Counted from the whole stretch's first letter, positions 10,551-19,764 are shown. The stretch: 62,795 nucleotides of DNA, filler included, from 5 parts of 5 records of this genome joined end to end with filler, not necessarily neighbours in it, one strand, 5' to 3'. Notes: generated by a model from the sequence alone, not told the origin. A program made the numbers and translations.

Positions 10551-11702
10551 TCAGCCACTCAACTGAGTCGTTGATTGTTTTTTGATGGGCGTAGATTCAT
10601 CCAACCAACGCTGTACCCGGGCGTAAGTGCGGGTTTCCTCGATCATGGTCATGTGGCCCATCTGGTAAAACAGTTCCCGGGTCAGGTGGTCCGCTTGCGG
10701 ATAAAGCTGCTCCGCCAGAGCACTGTTCACCGTTACCAGCCAGTCGCCACGGGGCTGGGCATGGCCGGGTTCACTGACGCTGCCGGCGATGAATAGCTGC
10801 TGTACCTGTGGGTCCAGTGGCACCTTGCTGGTGGGGCGGGGGTCGTCCAGCGGGCGGTCCCGCCACTGGTCTTCCAGTACATAGCCAAAACGCAGGTCGC
10901 GAATGCCATCGGAACGCAGGTTGCCCAGCCGCATCAGCGGGCGTGAGTAGGGCGTGCGACCCAGTAATCGGTTGGCTTCGTTGCCGAATCGTTCCAGCAG
11001 AGCGCCCTGATGGGGGGAGCCCAGGCACACCAAGTGGTTGATTTTGTCCACCCAGCTGTCACCGCGCTGGCGTCCTTGATGCAAGGCGCTGCGCGCCACC
11101 AGCCCGCCCATGGAATGACCAACCAGAATGACGCGTTCCGGCAAGGCGGTATGGGCCAGCAACCCGGCGAGCTTGCGGCCATTGTCGGAAATGTGCAGGC
11201 CGGTGTTGTAGCGCAGATAGCGGATGTCTGCGCTGTGATGCTGGCGGACCCACTGGCTGAAGCCGTCGGCAGCGGGGTTGTTCCAGCAGGCGTCGTTCAT
11301 GCACAGCCCGTGCAGGAAAATCACCAGGGTGTCAGCACCCGCCGACGGTGGCGCTTTTGGCAGTAGCGTCATGGGCAAGGCATAACGATTGTTCTGCTCG
11401 ACCAACAGCTGGCCGAAAATACCGTTGATGATGCTTTGCAGGTCCAGGCTATCGCGCAACTCCTGGTGCGGGTCGGCGAGCAAGTCAGCCATGCCGGCCA
11501 GATTGCCCGCCTGGCGAAAGCCGTAGCGGATCAGGTTGTAGACCATGGGGGCAGGAGTGTAATCGTGTCCGCGCAGGCTAAACGGGTTGGCGATGGTGCC
11601 GTGAATATCCTGAACCACCTGCGTAATTTCATTGCCGAAACGGGTGACCAGTTGCGCCAGTCCCCCGACATTCCTTCCCGCATTGCGGCCGAGTTGTTTC
11701 AT
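10551..11702 (-). CDS. Alpha/beta hydrolase (PGAP1-like lipase/esterase)
   Basis: FLHGLCM, YNTGLHISDNG, GHSMGG nucleophile elbow, LGSPHQGA. Confidence 0.85.
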   Translation of the reverse strand: MKQLGRNAGRNVGGLAQLVTRFGNEITQVVQDIHGTIANPFSLRGHDYTPAPMVYNLIRYGFRQAGNLAGMADLLADPHQELRDSLDLQSIINGIFGQLLVEQNNRYALPMTLLPKAPPSAGADTLVIFLHGLCMNDACWNNPAADGFSQWVRQHHSADIRYLRYNTGLHISDNGRKLAGLLAHTALPERVILVGHSMGGLVARSALHQGRQRGDSWVDKINHLVCLGSPHQGALLERFGNEANRLLGRTPYSRPLMRLGNLRSDGIRDLRFGYVLEDQWRDRPLDDPRPTSKVPLDPQVQQLFIAGSVSEPGHAQPRGDWLVTVNSALAEQLYPQADHLTRELFYQMGHMTMIEETRTYARVQRWLDESTPIKKQSTTQLSG

Positions 11703-11895
11703 GTTTTCTCCTTGTTATGGGGCATCTTACCCGGCTGAGGGCGCTGAGAAAGGAAAAAACGTTATGCCAATCGGCGCGTGCCCATCTGTAACTCTTCGTA
11801 AAATGGCCGCTAAATGTGCGAATCCGCTTGGCTAAGTGCCAGGAACATGCTTAGAGTGCTCACTGTCCGAATCAGTTAATTCAAGGAGTGATTCT

Positions 11896-12132
11896 ATGCG
11901 TACTTTCGGTAAAGCGGCATTGGCCGCCATTTTCGCCTCTTCTGCCCTGCTGGCAGCCTGTGATGCCAACGACGGTCCGGTTGAGGACGCTGGCGAGAAG
12001 GTAGACAAGGCAGTAGAAAGCATCACCCCGGATAGCAAAGGGCCGATGGAAGAAATGGGCGAAGATATGGATAACGCCTATGACAATGCCAAAGACTCTG
12101 CCGAAGACATGAAAGACGCTGCCGAGCAGTAA
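11896..12132 (+). CDS. Small acidic lipoprotein
   Basis: AAGGAG RBS; lipobox LAAC; repeated GPxExxGE motif. Confidence 0.8.
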   Translation: MRTFGKAALAAIFASSALLAACDANDGPVEDAGEKVDKAVESITPDSKGPMEEMGEDMDNAYDNAKDSAEDMKDAAEQ

Positions 12133-12181
12133 GCCTTTTATGCAGTGAGCTCACCGCCCCCAAGGCGGGTGATGCGATAAT

Positions 12182-12217
12182 CAAAACCCCGGCCCTGTGG
12201 CCGGGGTTTTGTCGTTT
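12182..12217 (+). terminator. Intrinsic terminator, copy 1 of a 36-bp direct repeat
   Basis: CAAAACCCCGGCCCTGTGGCCGGGGTTTTGTCGTTT. Confidence 0.85.
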
Positions 12218-12334
12218 AAGAGGGGGCAGTCTTTTCGGGAGGCTGAGCGGCGGGCAAATACCTGCTTACAGGGATGGGCGCGCTGAGGAATAGTCGCCAT
12301 ACTTCACGATGACTTAATTCCTCATGAGCCAAGC

Positions 12335-13012
12335 ATGGATACGTCCGCCCGCTTTTCGACTGAATCAACGCTGCCCGCGCCGGTGTTGATTGTGGAGGAT
12401 GATCCTCTGATCCAGAACCGTCTGGAGCGCGTTCTTGTGCAACTGGGCTATCACAGCGAGATGCTGTGTTGTGCCGCCTCCCTGGCCCAGGCCCGGCAAT
12501 GGCTGGAGGAGCAGCCGGTGGCGTTGGCTCTGGTGGACCTGGGGTTGCCTGACGGGAATGGGACGGCGTTGATTGCAGAGTTACGCGCTGCCGACCCGGC
12601 CATGGGTATCCTGGTGATTTCTGCCTGGAGCACCGAGGATGCCATCATGGCGGCCCTGCGCGCCGGCGCTACGGGGTACGTGCTCAAGGAGCGCGATGAT
12701 TTGGAAGTCTCGCTGTCCATACGCAGTGTGCTGCGCGGCGGGGCGCCTATTGATCCATTCATTGCCCGCCGGGTGATTGGCGAGTTGTACCAGGCGCCTT
12801 CGGCATCAGGTGAGCCGCCCTTGAGCGCCCGCGAAAGCGAAGTGCTGACGCTGGTGGCCGAGGGGCTGTCCAATCGGGAAATTGCCGAACGGCTGTTCAT
12901 TTCCCGGTATACAGTGGAATCCCACGTTAAACATATCTATCGCAAACTGGCGGTGTCGTCGCGTATTCGTGCGATCAGCGAAGCCCGTTCCCGGGGGTTG
13001 CTCGACGGATGA
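12335..13012 (+). CDS. NarL/LuxR-family response regulator
   Basis: Receiver (VEDD, DLGLPDG, GYVLK) plus LSARESEVL...GLSNREIA HTH. Confidence 0.93.
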   Translation: MDTSARFSTESTLPAPVLIVEDDPLIQNRLERVLVQLGYHSEMLCCAASLAQARQWLEEQPVALALVDLGLPDGNGTALIAELRAADPAMGILVISAWSTEDAIMAALRAGATGYVLKERDDLEVSLSIRSVLRGGAPIDPFIARRVIGELYQAPSASGEPPLSARESEVLTLVAEGLSNREIAERLFISRYTVESHVKHIYRKLAVSSRIRAISEARSRGLLDG

Positions 13013-14883
13013 AATCTTTCCTGCCGATATGGCTGATGCTCTGGCTGTGTGTGGCTTCGGCGGGAGGTCATGCGCAACTGCGGCATGATGTGTTGGATTG
13101 TGAGCCTCAAATTGTGTCGGTGATGGCGGCAAAAAGTGAGGACGCCACGCGCCCGGTGGCGGGCTGGCAAGCGGTTACCCTGCCGGATAACTGGAGCCAG
13201 CGCTGGCCTGGTTACGATGGCACCGTCTGGTACCGGATTGATTGGCAGCCTGGCTGTGTTGATGCGGACAACGGGGATTCACCGGTGGGGCTGGTGATTG
13301 AATCGATCATTATGGCCGGTGCGGTCTATAGCGAGGGCTCCCTGCTCTGGCGTGATCGTCATCTGCAGGAGCCGTTATCGCGCTCCTGGAATTCGCCTCG
13401 CTATTGGTTGTTGCCGGCATCGCATTTGCGCGAAGGGCGCGTGCTATGGGTGCGTGTGGCTGGCGTTGCTGCACAAACGCCGGGGTTGGGGCGGGTCAGG
13501 CTGGGTTCGCCAGAGGCGATGTTGGCGGTGATGGAGCAGACACACTGGCGCACACGGACTCTGCCCTTTATCAATCTGGTTGTGTCTGCGGTTTTGGGGT
13601 TCCTGGCGCTGTTTATCTGGTTGGCGTTTCGCTCACAGCAGGTGTTTGGCTGGTATGCGGTGACGGCGTTTTGCTGGGTGTTGTTTGGTGTGAATACCCT
13701 GGCCACACAAGCCTGGCCTTTTTCGGATACCCGGATGGTGGCGCAGGCCAACACCCTGGCGTACATCTTTTTTATTGCCAGTTTCTGTGTGTTCAGTTGG
13801 CGGTTGCTTGAGCTTCGTTGCGCAGTATGGCGAGAGCTCCCTTTATTGGCGCTGGTCACGGGCCTTGCTGGCGTAATCGTGTTGTTGCCGGGTTGGGAGG
13901 GGCTGCAATGGGCGGGGCATCTGAGTTCACTGGTCTTCTTGCTGAATGGGTTCTGCATCACTGGCTGGGCGTTACGCCGACGGGAAGCTGGACCGTTAGT
14001 GGTGGCCGGTTTCTATCTGTTGTTGATTGCTATCGGGGTGCGCGATGTCCTGATACTGACCGGGTTGCTCTCAAGCGATTTTTATCTTTCCCAATACAGC
14101 TGCCTGTTGTTCATGGTAATGGCCGCTGTGTTTCTGGGGTTGCGTGTTGCGGGAGATGCTCGTCGTATTGAGCGTTTTAATCAGGAGCTCAGTGTGGCAA
14201 TCGAGAAAGCCTGTGACGACCTTAGTGCCACAATGAGTAAAGAGCACCGTTTGGCGCTGGATAACACCCGCCTGCAGGAACGTTTGCAGCTTGCCCATGA
14301 CCTGCATGATGGCCTGGGCGGGCAGCTGGTGCGTTCTATCATGGTGGTTGAACAGAGTGACAATGACTTGGACAAGAGTCGTTACCTGTCCATGCTCAAA
14401 CTGCTGCGCGATGATCTGCGTCAACTGGTCGATAGTGGCGCCAGTGCCAGTGCGGCGCCCCCGCAGACGCCGGTTGAATGGCTGGCGCCGTTACGTTACC
14501 GGTTTGCCAACCTGTTTGATGCGCTGGAGATGTCGCTGGTCTGGAATGTGCCGGATGCCTGGCGCGCGCAACCGACAGCGGTTCAGTGCCTGCTGCTGGC
14601 CAGGCTGGTTGAAGAGGCGCTCACCAATATCGTCAAGCACAGCCAGGCACGGTGTGCCCGGGTGACGTTGCAATTGCCGGATGACGCTCTGCTTTTGTTG
14701 CGTGTGGAAGATGATGGCGTGGGCTTCGATGTGGCGGCCGTGCAAGGCGGCGGCCTGGGTATCGGGCTGGAAAGTATGCGTGCTCGCACAGAGCGACATG
14801 CCGGGACGTTGACGTTGTGTTCTTGCCCCGGTGCCACTGTTTTGGAAGCTCGGCTCCCTCTGACCGTCATAACGGGTCAATAG
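13009..14883 (+). CDS. Sensor histidine kinase, 7TM-DISM-type input and HisKA_3
   Basis: Signal peptide, beta-rich extracellular domain, about 7 TM helices, AHDLHDGLG H-box, EALTNIVKHS, DDGVGF. Confidence 0.9.
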   Translation: MKSFLPIWLMLWLCVASAGGHAQLRHDVLDCEPQIVSVMAAKSEDATRPVAGWQAVTLPDNWSQRWPGYDGTVWYRIDWQPGCVDADNGDSPVGLVIESIIMAGAVYSEGSLLWRDRHLQEPLSRSWNSPRYWLLPASHLREGRVLWVRVAGVAAQTPGLGRVRLGSPEAMLAVMEQTHWRTRTLPFINLVVSAVLGFLALFIWLAFRSQQVFGWYAVTAFCWVLFGVNTLATQAWPFSDTRMVAQANTLAYIFFIASFCVFSWRLLELRCAVWRELPLLALVTGLAGVIVLLPGWEGLQWAGHLSSLVFLLNGFCITGWALRRREAGPLVVAGFYLLLIAIGVRDVLILTGLLSSDFYLSQYSCLLFMVMAAVFLGLRVAGDARRIERFNQELSVAIEKACDDLSATMSKEHRLALDNTRLQERLQLAHDLHDGLGGQLVRSIMVVEQSDNDLDKSRYLSMLKLLRDDLRQLVDSGASASAAPPQTPVEWLAPLRYRFANLFDALEMSLVWNVPDAWRAQPTAVQCLLLARLVEEALTNIVKHSQARCARVTLQLPDDALLLLRVEDDGVGFDVAAVQGGGLGIGLESMRARTERHAGTLTLCSCPGATVLEARLPLTVITGQ

Positions 14884-15003
14884 GGCATTGTTTCTTCCTC
14901 TCTTGAGAAAAATCCCCAAGTTCAGTGATGTTCATCACATATAAGACCTCGTTCAATGAGCGCCCTGTGGACTTCTTCTTTCAGGCTTTAACGGGGTACA
15001 TCC

Positions 15004-16740
15004 ATGAGTGCAGATAATCGAACGGGCCTTTTTCGGCGACAGGCAGGGCTGGCGGCCGCAGCGGTGACGTTGTTGCTGACCGGCTGTGGTGGTGGTGGTG
15101 GCGGTGGATCGGAGGCTGTTGTGGAGGCGCCCCCTTCCAGTTATACCGTGGCCGGTACGCTGACTGGTCTGATGCCGGGTACGGAACTGGTTGCCAGAGA
15201 TGTCACGCCGGGCAGCAGCCTGCCATCACTCACGCTGACCGAAAATGGCCGTTTCCAGTTTGATGGTTTGCTTTACCCCAATGAGTCTTACGACATTGAG
15301 TTGCTGGCCAGCAACCCTGCTGTAAGCGATGGCGAAAACCGGACTCAAAGTCCGGTTATGCAGCGCTGCGTGCTGCAAGGTATGAGTGCGGAAGGCGTTG
15401 CCGAGGGAGACGCTGACGCCCTCGGGGATTTGCAGATTCACTGCTCCGGCCTGTTCTTTTTGCCGGATGAAAAGTGGTTCCCAGTTGTGAGTGACGGTAC
15501 CCCGGAGGGAACGCGTTCGTTAAATGTGAATGAGGAAATTAATTCCGATTTTTTTCTGCGTGAGGGCGGCGTAGCGTTCGTGACGAGGGGGGGCTCAGAA
15601 GAGGGGGGTAGTGCGAGGCATCTCTGGTTCAGCGATGGCTCCCCGTCTGGGACGCAGAGAGTGGTTGGTCAGAATGGGGAGGTTCTCGATCAGCTGGGAT
15701 GGTCCTGGCAGACGGTAGGGAATCGCTTGTACTTTACCAATAACGGCCTGTTGTGGGTGGCGCAAGGTGGGAGTGCAATGAAAGTGGAAGGGCCAGAACC
15801 GGGAGGGGTTGTCACCTCGGGGTTTGATGGTATGGCCTCCGCGGGTGATTGGTTGTATGTGGTCTCAGATAATCAGGTACTGGCTATTGATGAGAGCGGG
15901 CAGTATGACGTTCTGATGGGCTCTGATGAACAGCCGTTCAATGCTTCATCTTGCGGCATGTCAAGCACGGGCGATCAACTTTATTTTACGTGCTATCAAG
16001 GCAGTAGTAAGGAAGGTAGCTGGCGGGTGGATGCGGGGGAATCGACAGCTCGGAAGATCTCCTCGAACTACTCATTTAATAACTTCCACGCTGTGGGAGC
16101 GCTGACGTTTTTTAGTGGCTATTTGCCTGCCTATGGGAGGAATCTTTGGGTAACTGATGGCACTGAATCCGGGACGTTTTTATTTTTTACCCCGAATCCG
16201 GACTCTGCGGGCAGTAACCCAACTGACTTCCGGGTAAAGGGCAATGCGCTCTTCTTTCTGGCAACGGATGGTGTTGCGAATAAAATCTGGAAATTCTCAG
16301 TGGTGGGGAAGACGGTTTCTTTATCCGGTCCCGTTGGCAGTGGGGTGGAATCGCTGGCTCTTCATGGTGACAGCGTGTTTTTTACCGCACCGGAGAGCCC
16401 GGGCAAACCACAGGTGTGGGTCAGTGATGGTACGTCCGGTGGCACCTACGTAGTGAAGACGATTAATCCGAATGGAGCCGCCCGGCCGTATGCGTTGGAG
16501 TCTGTGGGGGATTGGCTCTTTTTCTCGGCAGAACAGGATGACAATGGCTATGCAGCCTGGCGTACCGATGGCACCGAGGTGGGCACTGTAATGCTGTCTC
16601 CCGAGCAGTGTGAATATGGGGCTGAGGTGTGGGCCAAAGTCGGCGACGCTGTGTATTACGTCATGTTTAATGATGACGGCCACAGCCTCTGGAAAACCGA
16701 TGGTACTGCGCAGAACACCACCAAGATCGCTGAGTGGTGA
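15004..16740 (+). CDS. ELWxxDGT-repeat (beta-propeller) surface lipoprotein
   Basis: Lipobox LTGC followed by a Gly-rich linker; repeats LWFSDGS, LWVTDGT, VWVSDGT, AWRTDGT, LWKTDGT. Confidence 0.85.
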   Translation: MSADNRTGLFRRQAGLAAAAVTLLLTGCGGGGGGGSEAVVEAPPSSYTVAGTLTGLMPGTELVARDVTPGSSLPSLTLTENGRFQFDGLLYPNESYDIELLASNPAVSDGENRTQSPVMQRCVLQGMSAEGVAEGDADALGDLQIHCSGLFFLPDEKWFPVVSDGTPEGTRSLNVNEEINSDFFLREGGVAFVTRGGSEEGGSARHLWFSDGSPSGTQRVVGQNGEVLDQLGWSWQTVGNRLYFTNNGLLWVAQGGSAMKVEGPEPGGVVTSGFDGMASAGDWLYVVSDNQVLAIDESGQYDVLMGSDEQPFNASSCGMSSTGDQLYFTCYQGSSKEGSWRVDAGESTARKISSNYSFNNFHAVGALTFFSGYLPAYGRNLWVTDGTESGTFLFFTPNPDSAGSNPTDFRVKGNALFFLATDGVANKIWKFSVVGKTVSLSGPVGSGVESLALHGDSVFFTAPESPGKPQVWVSDGTSGGTYVVKTINPNGAARPYALESVGDWLFFSAEQDDNGYAAWRTDGTEVGTVMLSPEQCEYGAEVWAKVGDAVYYVMFNDDGHSLWKTDGTAQNTTKIAEW

Positions 16741-16750
16741 GGGGCTGCTC

Positions 16751-16876
16751 ATGAAGGTGCTCAAGGAGAGATACAGTGTTGGTTATATCGACTGGCCGAT
16801 GGTAGGCCGACGGATGTTGCTGGTAACGATGTTGAGTGGCATGGCGTGCTTGCTGGCGGTATTGGTTGCCGGCTAG
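16751..16876 (+). CDS. Small single-TM protein, 41 aa
   Basis: MKVLKERYSVGYIDWPMVGRRMLLVTMLSGMACLLAVLVAG*; GAGGGG RBS. Confidence 0.5.
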   Translation: MKVLKERYSVGYIDWPMVGRRMLLVTMLSGMACLLAVLVAG

Positions 16877-16909
16877 CGCAGCAAGTAACGGCTTTTGGTA
16901 AGTGACAAG

Positions 16910-16945
16910 CAAAACCCCGGCCCTGTGGTCGGGGTTTTGTCGTTT
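16910..16945. terminator. Bidirectional intrinsic terminator, copy 2 of the 36-bp direct repeat
   Basis: CAAAACCCCGGCCCTGTGGTCGGGGTTTTGTCGTTT; one mismatch to 12182-12217; between convergent genes. Confidence 0.85.
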
Positions 16946-16963
16946 TGGGTTTGCAAAAGCTTG

Positions 16964-17671
16964 TCAGGGGTGTGCCGCCAACGGGCAATGGCCTAACAGT
17001 TGTTTCAGGGCGTCGGCCTCCTGGAGCGTGACCATCAATTGGTAGCGTTGCTTGATCCGTTCCCACTGTTGCCCGTATTCGCACCAGTAGCGACGGTTGT
17101 CGGGGAGCCATTGGTCCGGGCTGCGGGCGCCTTTGCTGCGGTTGGCGCTGGCGGATACCGGGATCAGGTTGTCCGGGTCGTTGGCAAATTGCCGGCGTAG
17201 CGGTTCATCCCACTGGTCGCCGCCGTGGCCGTGGGCATGGCCCAGGGGGACAAAATGATCCATATCCAGATCGCCGGCCCGGGTGAAGGTCTGGTTGGTG
17301 TACGGATCGTACCAGCGGCCGCTGGCCACGGTGCAGTGGTCCGGGTCGGTGAAGGTCACGGCTATCTGGCTGGTGGCAATCAAGACTTCAGCCCGGGTGT
17401 CCTGGCAATCCTGGTCTTCATCAATCCAGTGGGGCCAGCGGTCCCGGTCATAGAGCCCGCTGAAGGCGCGCTGGGTGTCAGCGGCGTCCTGTTCGGCCTG
17501 TTGCTGTTGGCGATGCAGGGTGAGGCAGGGCTCCCGGTGGCAATGATAGTCACCGGTGCGCCGGTCGGTGTGCCCGCCCTGTTGATCGAGCCCGCCGGGG
17601 TGAGCCTGAACGGGGGTAGTGGCGGCAAGCAGGGCGACGCAAAGCCAGAGGGACAAGGGGCGTAGGTGCAA
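16964..17671 (-). CDS. Secreted HNH-type nuclease (DUF1524-like) with N-terminal YHYH-type His-rich domain
   Basis: Signal peptide, HPGGLDQQGGH...YHCH, WYDPY, DMDHFVPL, FANDPDNL...ANRSKG...WLP. Confidence 0.85.
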   Translation of the reverse strand: MHLRPLSLWLCVALLAATTPVQAHPGGLDQQGGHTDRRTGDYHCHREPCLTLHRQQQQAEQDAADTQRAFSGLYDRDRWPHWIDEDQDCQDTRAEVLIATSQIAVTFTDPDHCTVASGRWYDPYTNQTFTRAGDLDMDHFVPLGHAHGHGGDQWDEPLRRQFANDPDNLIPVSASANRSKGARSPDQWLPDNRRYWCEYGQQWERIKQRYQLMVTLQEADALKQLLGHCPLAAHP

Positions 17672-17937
17672 GGGGATATATCCTGTCTGTGGTGGCGCAG
17701 GAGGATAAGATATCCATGCATTTTGTTGTAGGTGAAATCGTACATCAGAGGAAAGTGTGAACTGGTTCCAAGGGCTGTATCAGGAAGATACAAAACGGCT
17801 ACGTGGCTACACGGAAATCGGACCGTTTTGTTCTGGGGTAGGCTGGGCCGCATCGTTAGAGTTAGCGGTGCCGTGCTGAATCTGTTTCACAGTGGCGCCG
17901 GCATTCACTTTTTATGCATTGTCTTTGAGTAGTGGCT

Positions 17938-18567
17938 ATGCAGGAGTTGCAGTTTATGGGGACACAGCAGGGCGCGGGAAAATGGCGTCAGCAGGAGTTG
18001 GGGCTGGAGGCGGTGGAGACACGGCTGCAGGCCCTGCAGGAGTACCTGGCCGTTTACCGGGCGAGCTTTGCCTCGTCGGGCAGTGCGGATAGTCATGCCC
18101 GGGTGCGGGTGCTGCGCCGGGATGTGTCTCGTCTGCGGGCCTGGGGCTGGTACCTGATCGCGTGTCGCGATGGCGCTCGCTGGTTGCCTGTTGTGCAGTG
18201 GTTGGCGCGGGTTTTCTCTGTGCTAGTGGTGCCGCAAAGACACCGCTCCCGGCGCCAGCAGCGCACGCTCACCATGCGGCATTTGTCCAGTTACAGTCTG
18301 GTCGAGCGCGCCTATGCGGCACAGGAAGATGATATCCAGGGGCGTTTGTTGACCTTGCGCCTGGCGCAACGTCAGAGTCCCAATGACCTGCGGGCCCGGG
18401 AAATCAAGAGACTCGAGCGTCAGGTGGATGAAGTGGTGTTGCTGCGATTGGCCGGCCTGCCGGAGGCCCGGCAGCTTACGGTGATTTGCCATCTGCTGAC
18501 GTGGACCATGGCCCTGCGTTCCTGCCTGGGTTTGCGGCTTCCCCTGGCGGATGTGGCGGACCGTTGA
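17938..18567 (+). CDS. Hypothetical Arg/Leu-rich helical protein
   Basis: ORF with host-like codon usage; its stop overlaps the next ATG (TGATG). Confidence 0.55.
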   Translation: MQELQFMGTQQGAGKWRQQELGLEAVETRLQALQEYLAVYRASFASSGSADSHARVRVLRRDVSRLRAWGWYLIACRDGARWLPVVQWLARVFSVLVVPQRHRSRRQQRTLTMRHLSSYSLVERAYAAQEDDIQGRLLTLRLAQRQSPNDLRAREIKRLERQVDEVVLLRLAGLPEARQLTVICHLLTWTMALRSCLGLRLPLADVADR

Positions 18568-19151
18568 TGCAGGCAATGACGATGTTGTCTCCCGCGCTGG
18601 ATGGTTTGCCACGGGTTTTTACCCTCTCGGATCTCAAGCAGCTGCAACCGGAGGAGTCGGGCGGCGCGCTGGATACCGTGCTGCGCTGGCTGGAAGCCGG
18701 GGTTGTCAAGCAGGTGGCGCCGCCGCGACCGGTATTCTACAAGGTGGTGCTGGGCGATCCGCTAACCGATGAGGACCGTTGCCGGGCATTGCTGCGGGCC
18801 TTTCCGTCGCTGGTGATGGTGGCCGGGTCGGCATTGTGGCGGCAGGGGTTGAGTCGTCAGCAGGACAGCGTGCTGGAATGCTGCGTGGCAGAAACCGAAC
18901 TGAGTTGCCATTTGCCGGATGTGCGCCTGCACTGGCGGCCGCCGGCCTGGTGGTCGGCGATTCGCCGGGCCGGGGGGATGGCCGGTGATTACCACGGTGT
19001 GCCCATGCTCAATGCGGAGCTGGTGCTGGCGGATGCGTCCACGTTTTCCGGTGTATGGATGCCGGATCGCGAATCGGTGGATTGGGATCGCCTGTCCACG
19101 GCGCGTCTTAGCGAGGCCAGTGATTATTTGCGCGAGCTGCGCCCCCGCTGA
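18567..19151 (+). CDS. Hypothetical protein with N-terminal winged-HTH resembling AbiEi antitoxins
   Basis: PRVFTLSDL...VLRWLEAGVVKQV pattern, then GSALWRQG; similarity judged by eye. Confidence 0.5.
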   Translation: MQAMTMLSPALDGLPRVFTLSDLKQLQPEESGGALDTVLRWLEAGVVKQVAPPRPVFYKVVLGDPLTDEDRCRALLRAFPSLVMVAGSALWRQGLSRQQDSVLECCVAETELSCHLPDVRLHWRPPAWWSAIRRAGGMAGDYHGVPMLNAELVLADASTFSGVWMPDRESVDWDRLSTARLSEASDYLRELRPR

Positions 19152-19196
19152 GCCGGTGTGCCCCCTGGGCGCCTTGACGAGAACGCCCTGCTGATA

Positions 19197-19215
19197 TTAA
19201 ATGAGAACCATTATC
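19197..19215 (+). promoter_or_regulatory. Fur box
   Basis: TTAAATGAGAACCATTATC matches 14/19 of GATAATGATAATCATTATC, directly upstream of a PepSY iron-uptake operon. Confidence 0.75.
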
Positions 19216-19237
19216 ATGGATTAATGGTTCTCTCCCT

Positions 19238-19510
19238 ATGCTGGTTGCCGTTCTGGCCACACTTGCCAGTGTGTTGCTGTTTTATCTATCGGATCGCCAG
19301 CAACGCTGGCTGGATCAGCCCCTCCCCGCCGTTACCCGTTTAATCGCCCTGGCCATGCTGGTCGGTGGACTGTGGCTGTTGTCGCTGCAGTTGGGCGTTA
19401 GTGTGGGCCTGTTTGTGGGGCTGTGGGTGTTCACGCTGCCGGCCCTGCTGGTGCCGCTGCTGGTCAGTCATTACCGCGATAGCTATCAGCGCCGGGGAGG
19501 CAATCGATGA
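19238..19510 (+). CDS. Small membrane protein of iron-uptake operons (DUF3325-like)
   Basis: Three TM helices, YLSDRQQRWL motif, operon context. Confidence 0.7.
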   Translation: MLVAVLATLASVLLFYLSDRQQRWLDQPLPAVTRLIALAMLVGGLWLLSLQLGVSVGLFVGLWVFTLPALLVPLLVSHYRDSYQRRGGNR

Positions 19511-19764
19511 GAGCCTTTCTGGCGTTCTTGTTGAGCCTGCCCTTGTCGGTAATGCTGATGGGGTTGTTGGCGGCAGCGGTGCCGGCGCCCTGGCAGTCCT
19601 GGCTGGTGCTGCAACTGTTGGGCGTGACCCTGTTGTGGATGCTGCTGGTGACTCTGGTGGCGTTGCCCGAGCGTACCTGGCCCCCGCTGGTGGCGTTGCT
19701 GGTAATGAATGGGCTGGCCTGGGTGGCGCTGCAAACCACCGCCTTATATGGGGGGGGAGCATGA
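19507..19764 (+). CDS. Small membrane protein of iron-uptake operons (DUF3649-like)
   Basis: Three TM helices; ATGA overlaps on both sides. Confidence 0.65.
   Translation: MRAFLAFLLSLPLSVMLMGLLAAAVPAPWQSWLVLQLLGVTLLWMLLVTLVALPERTWPPLVALLVMNGLAWVALQTTALYGGGA

Noticed and set aside
15088-15108. GGT trinucleotide run
   Set aside because: Ordinary Gly linker after a lipoprotein Cys.
19750-19757. G8 homopolymer as a phase-variation switch for the PepSY gene
   Set aside because: It is short, encodes terminal Gly codons and doubles as the RBS; there is no evidence of length variation.
19365-19760. N-terminal extension of the 669-aa ORF
   Set aside because: It overlaps two credible small membrane genes; PepSY homology begins at ATG 19761.
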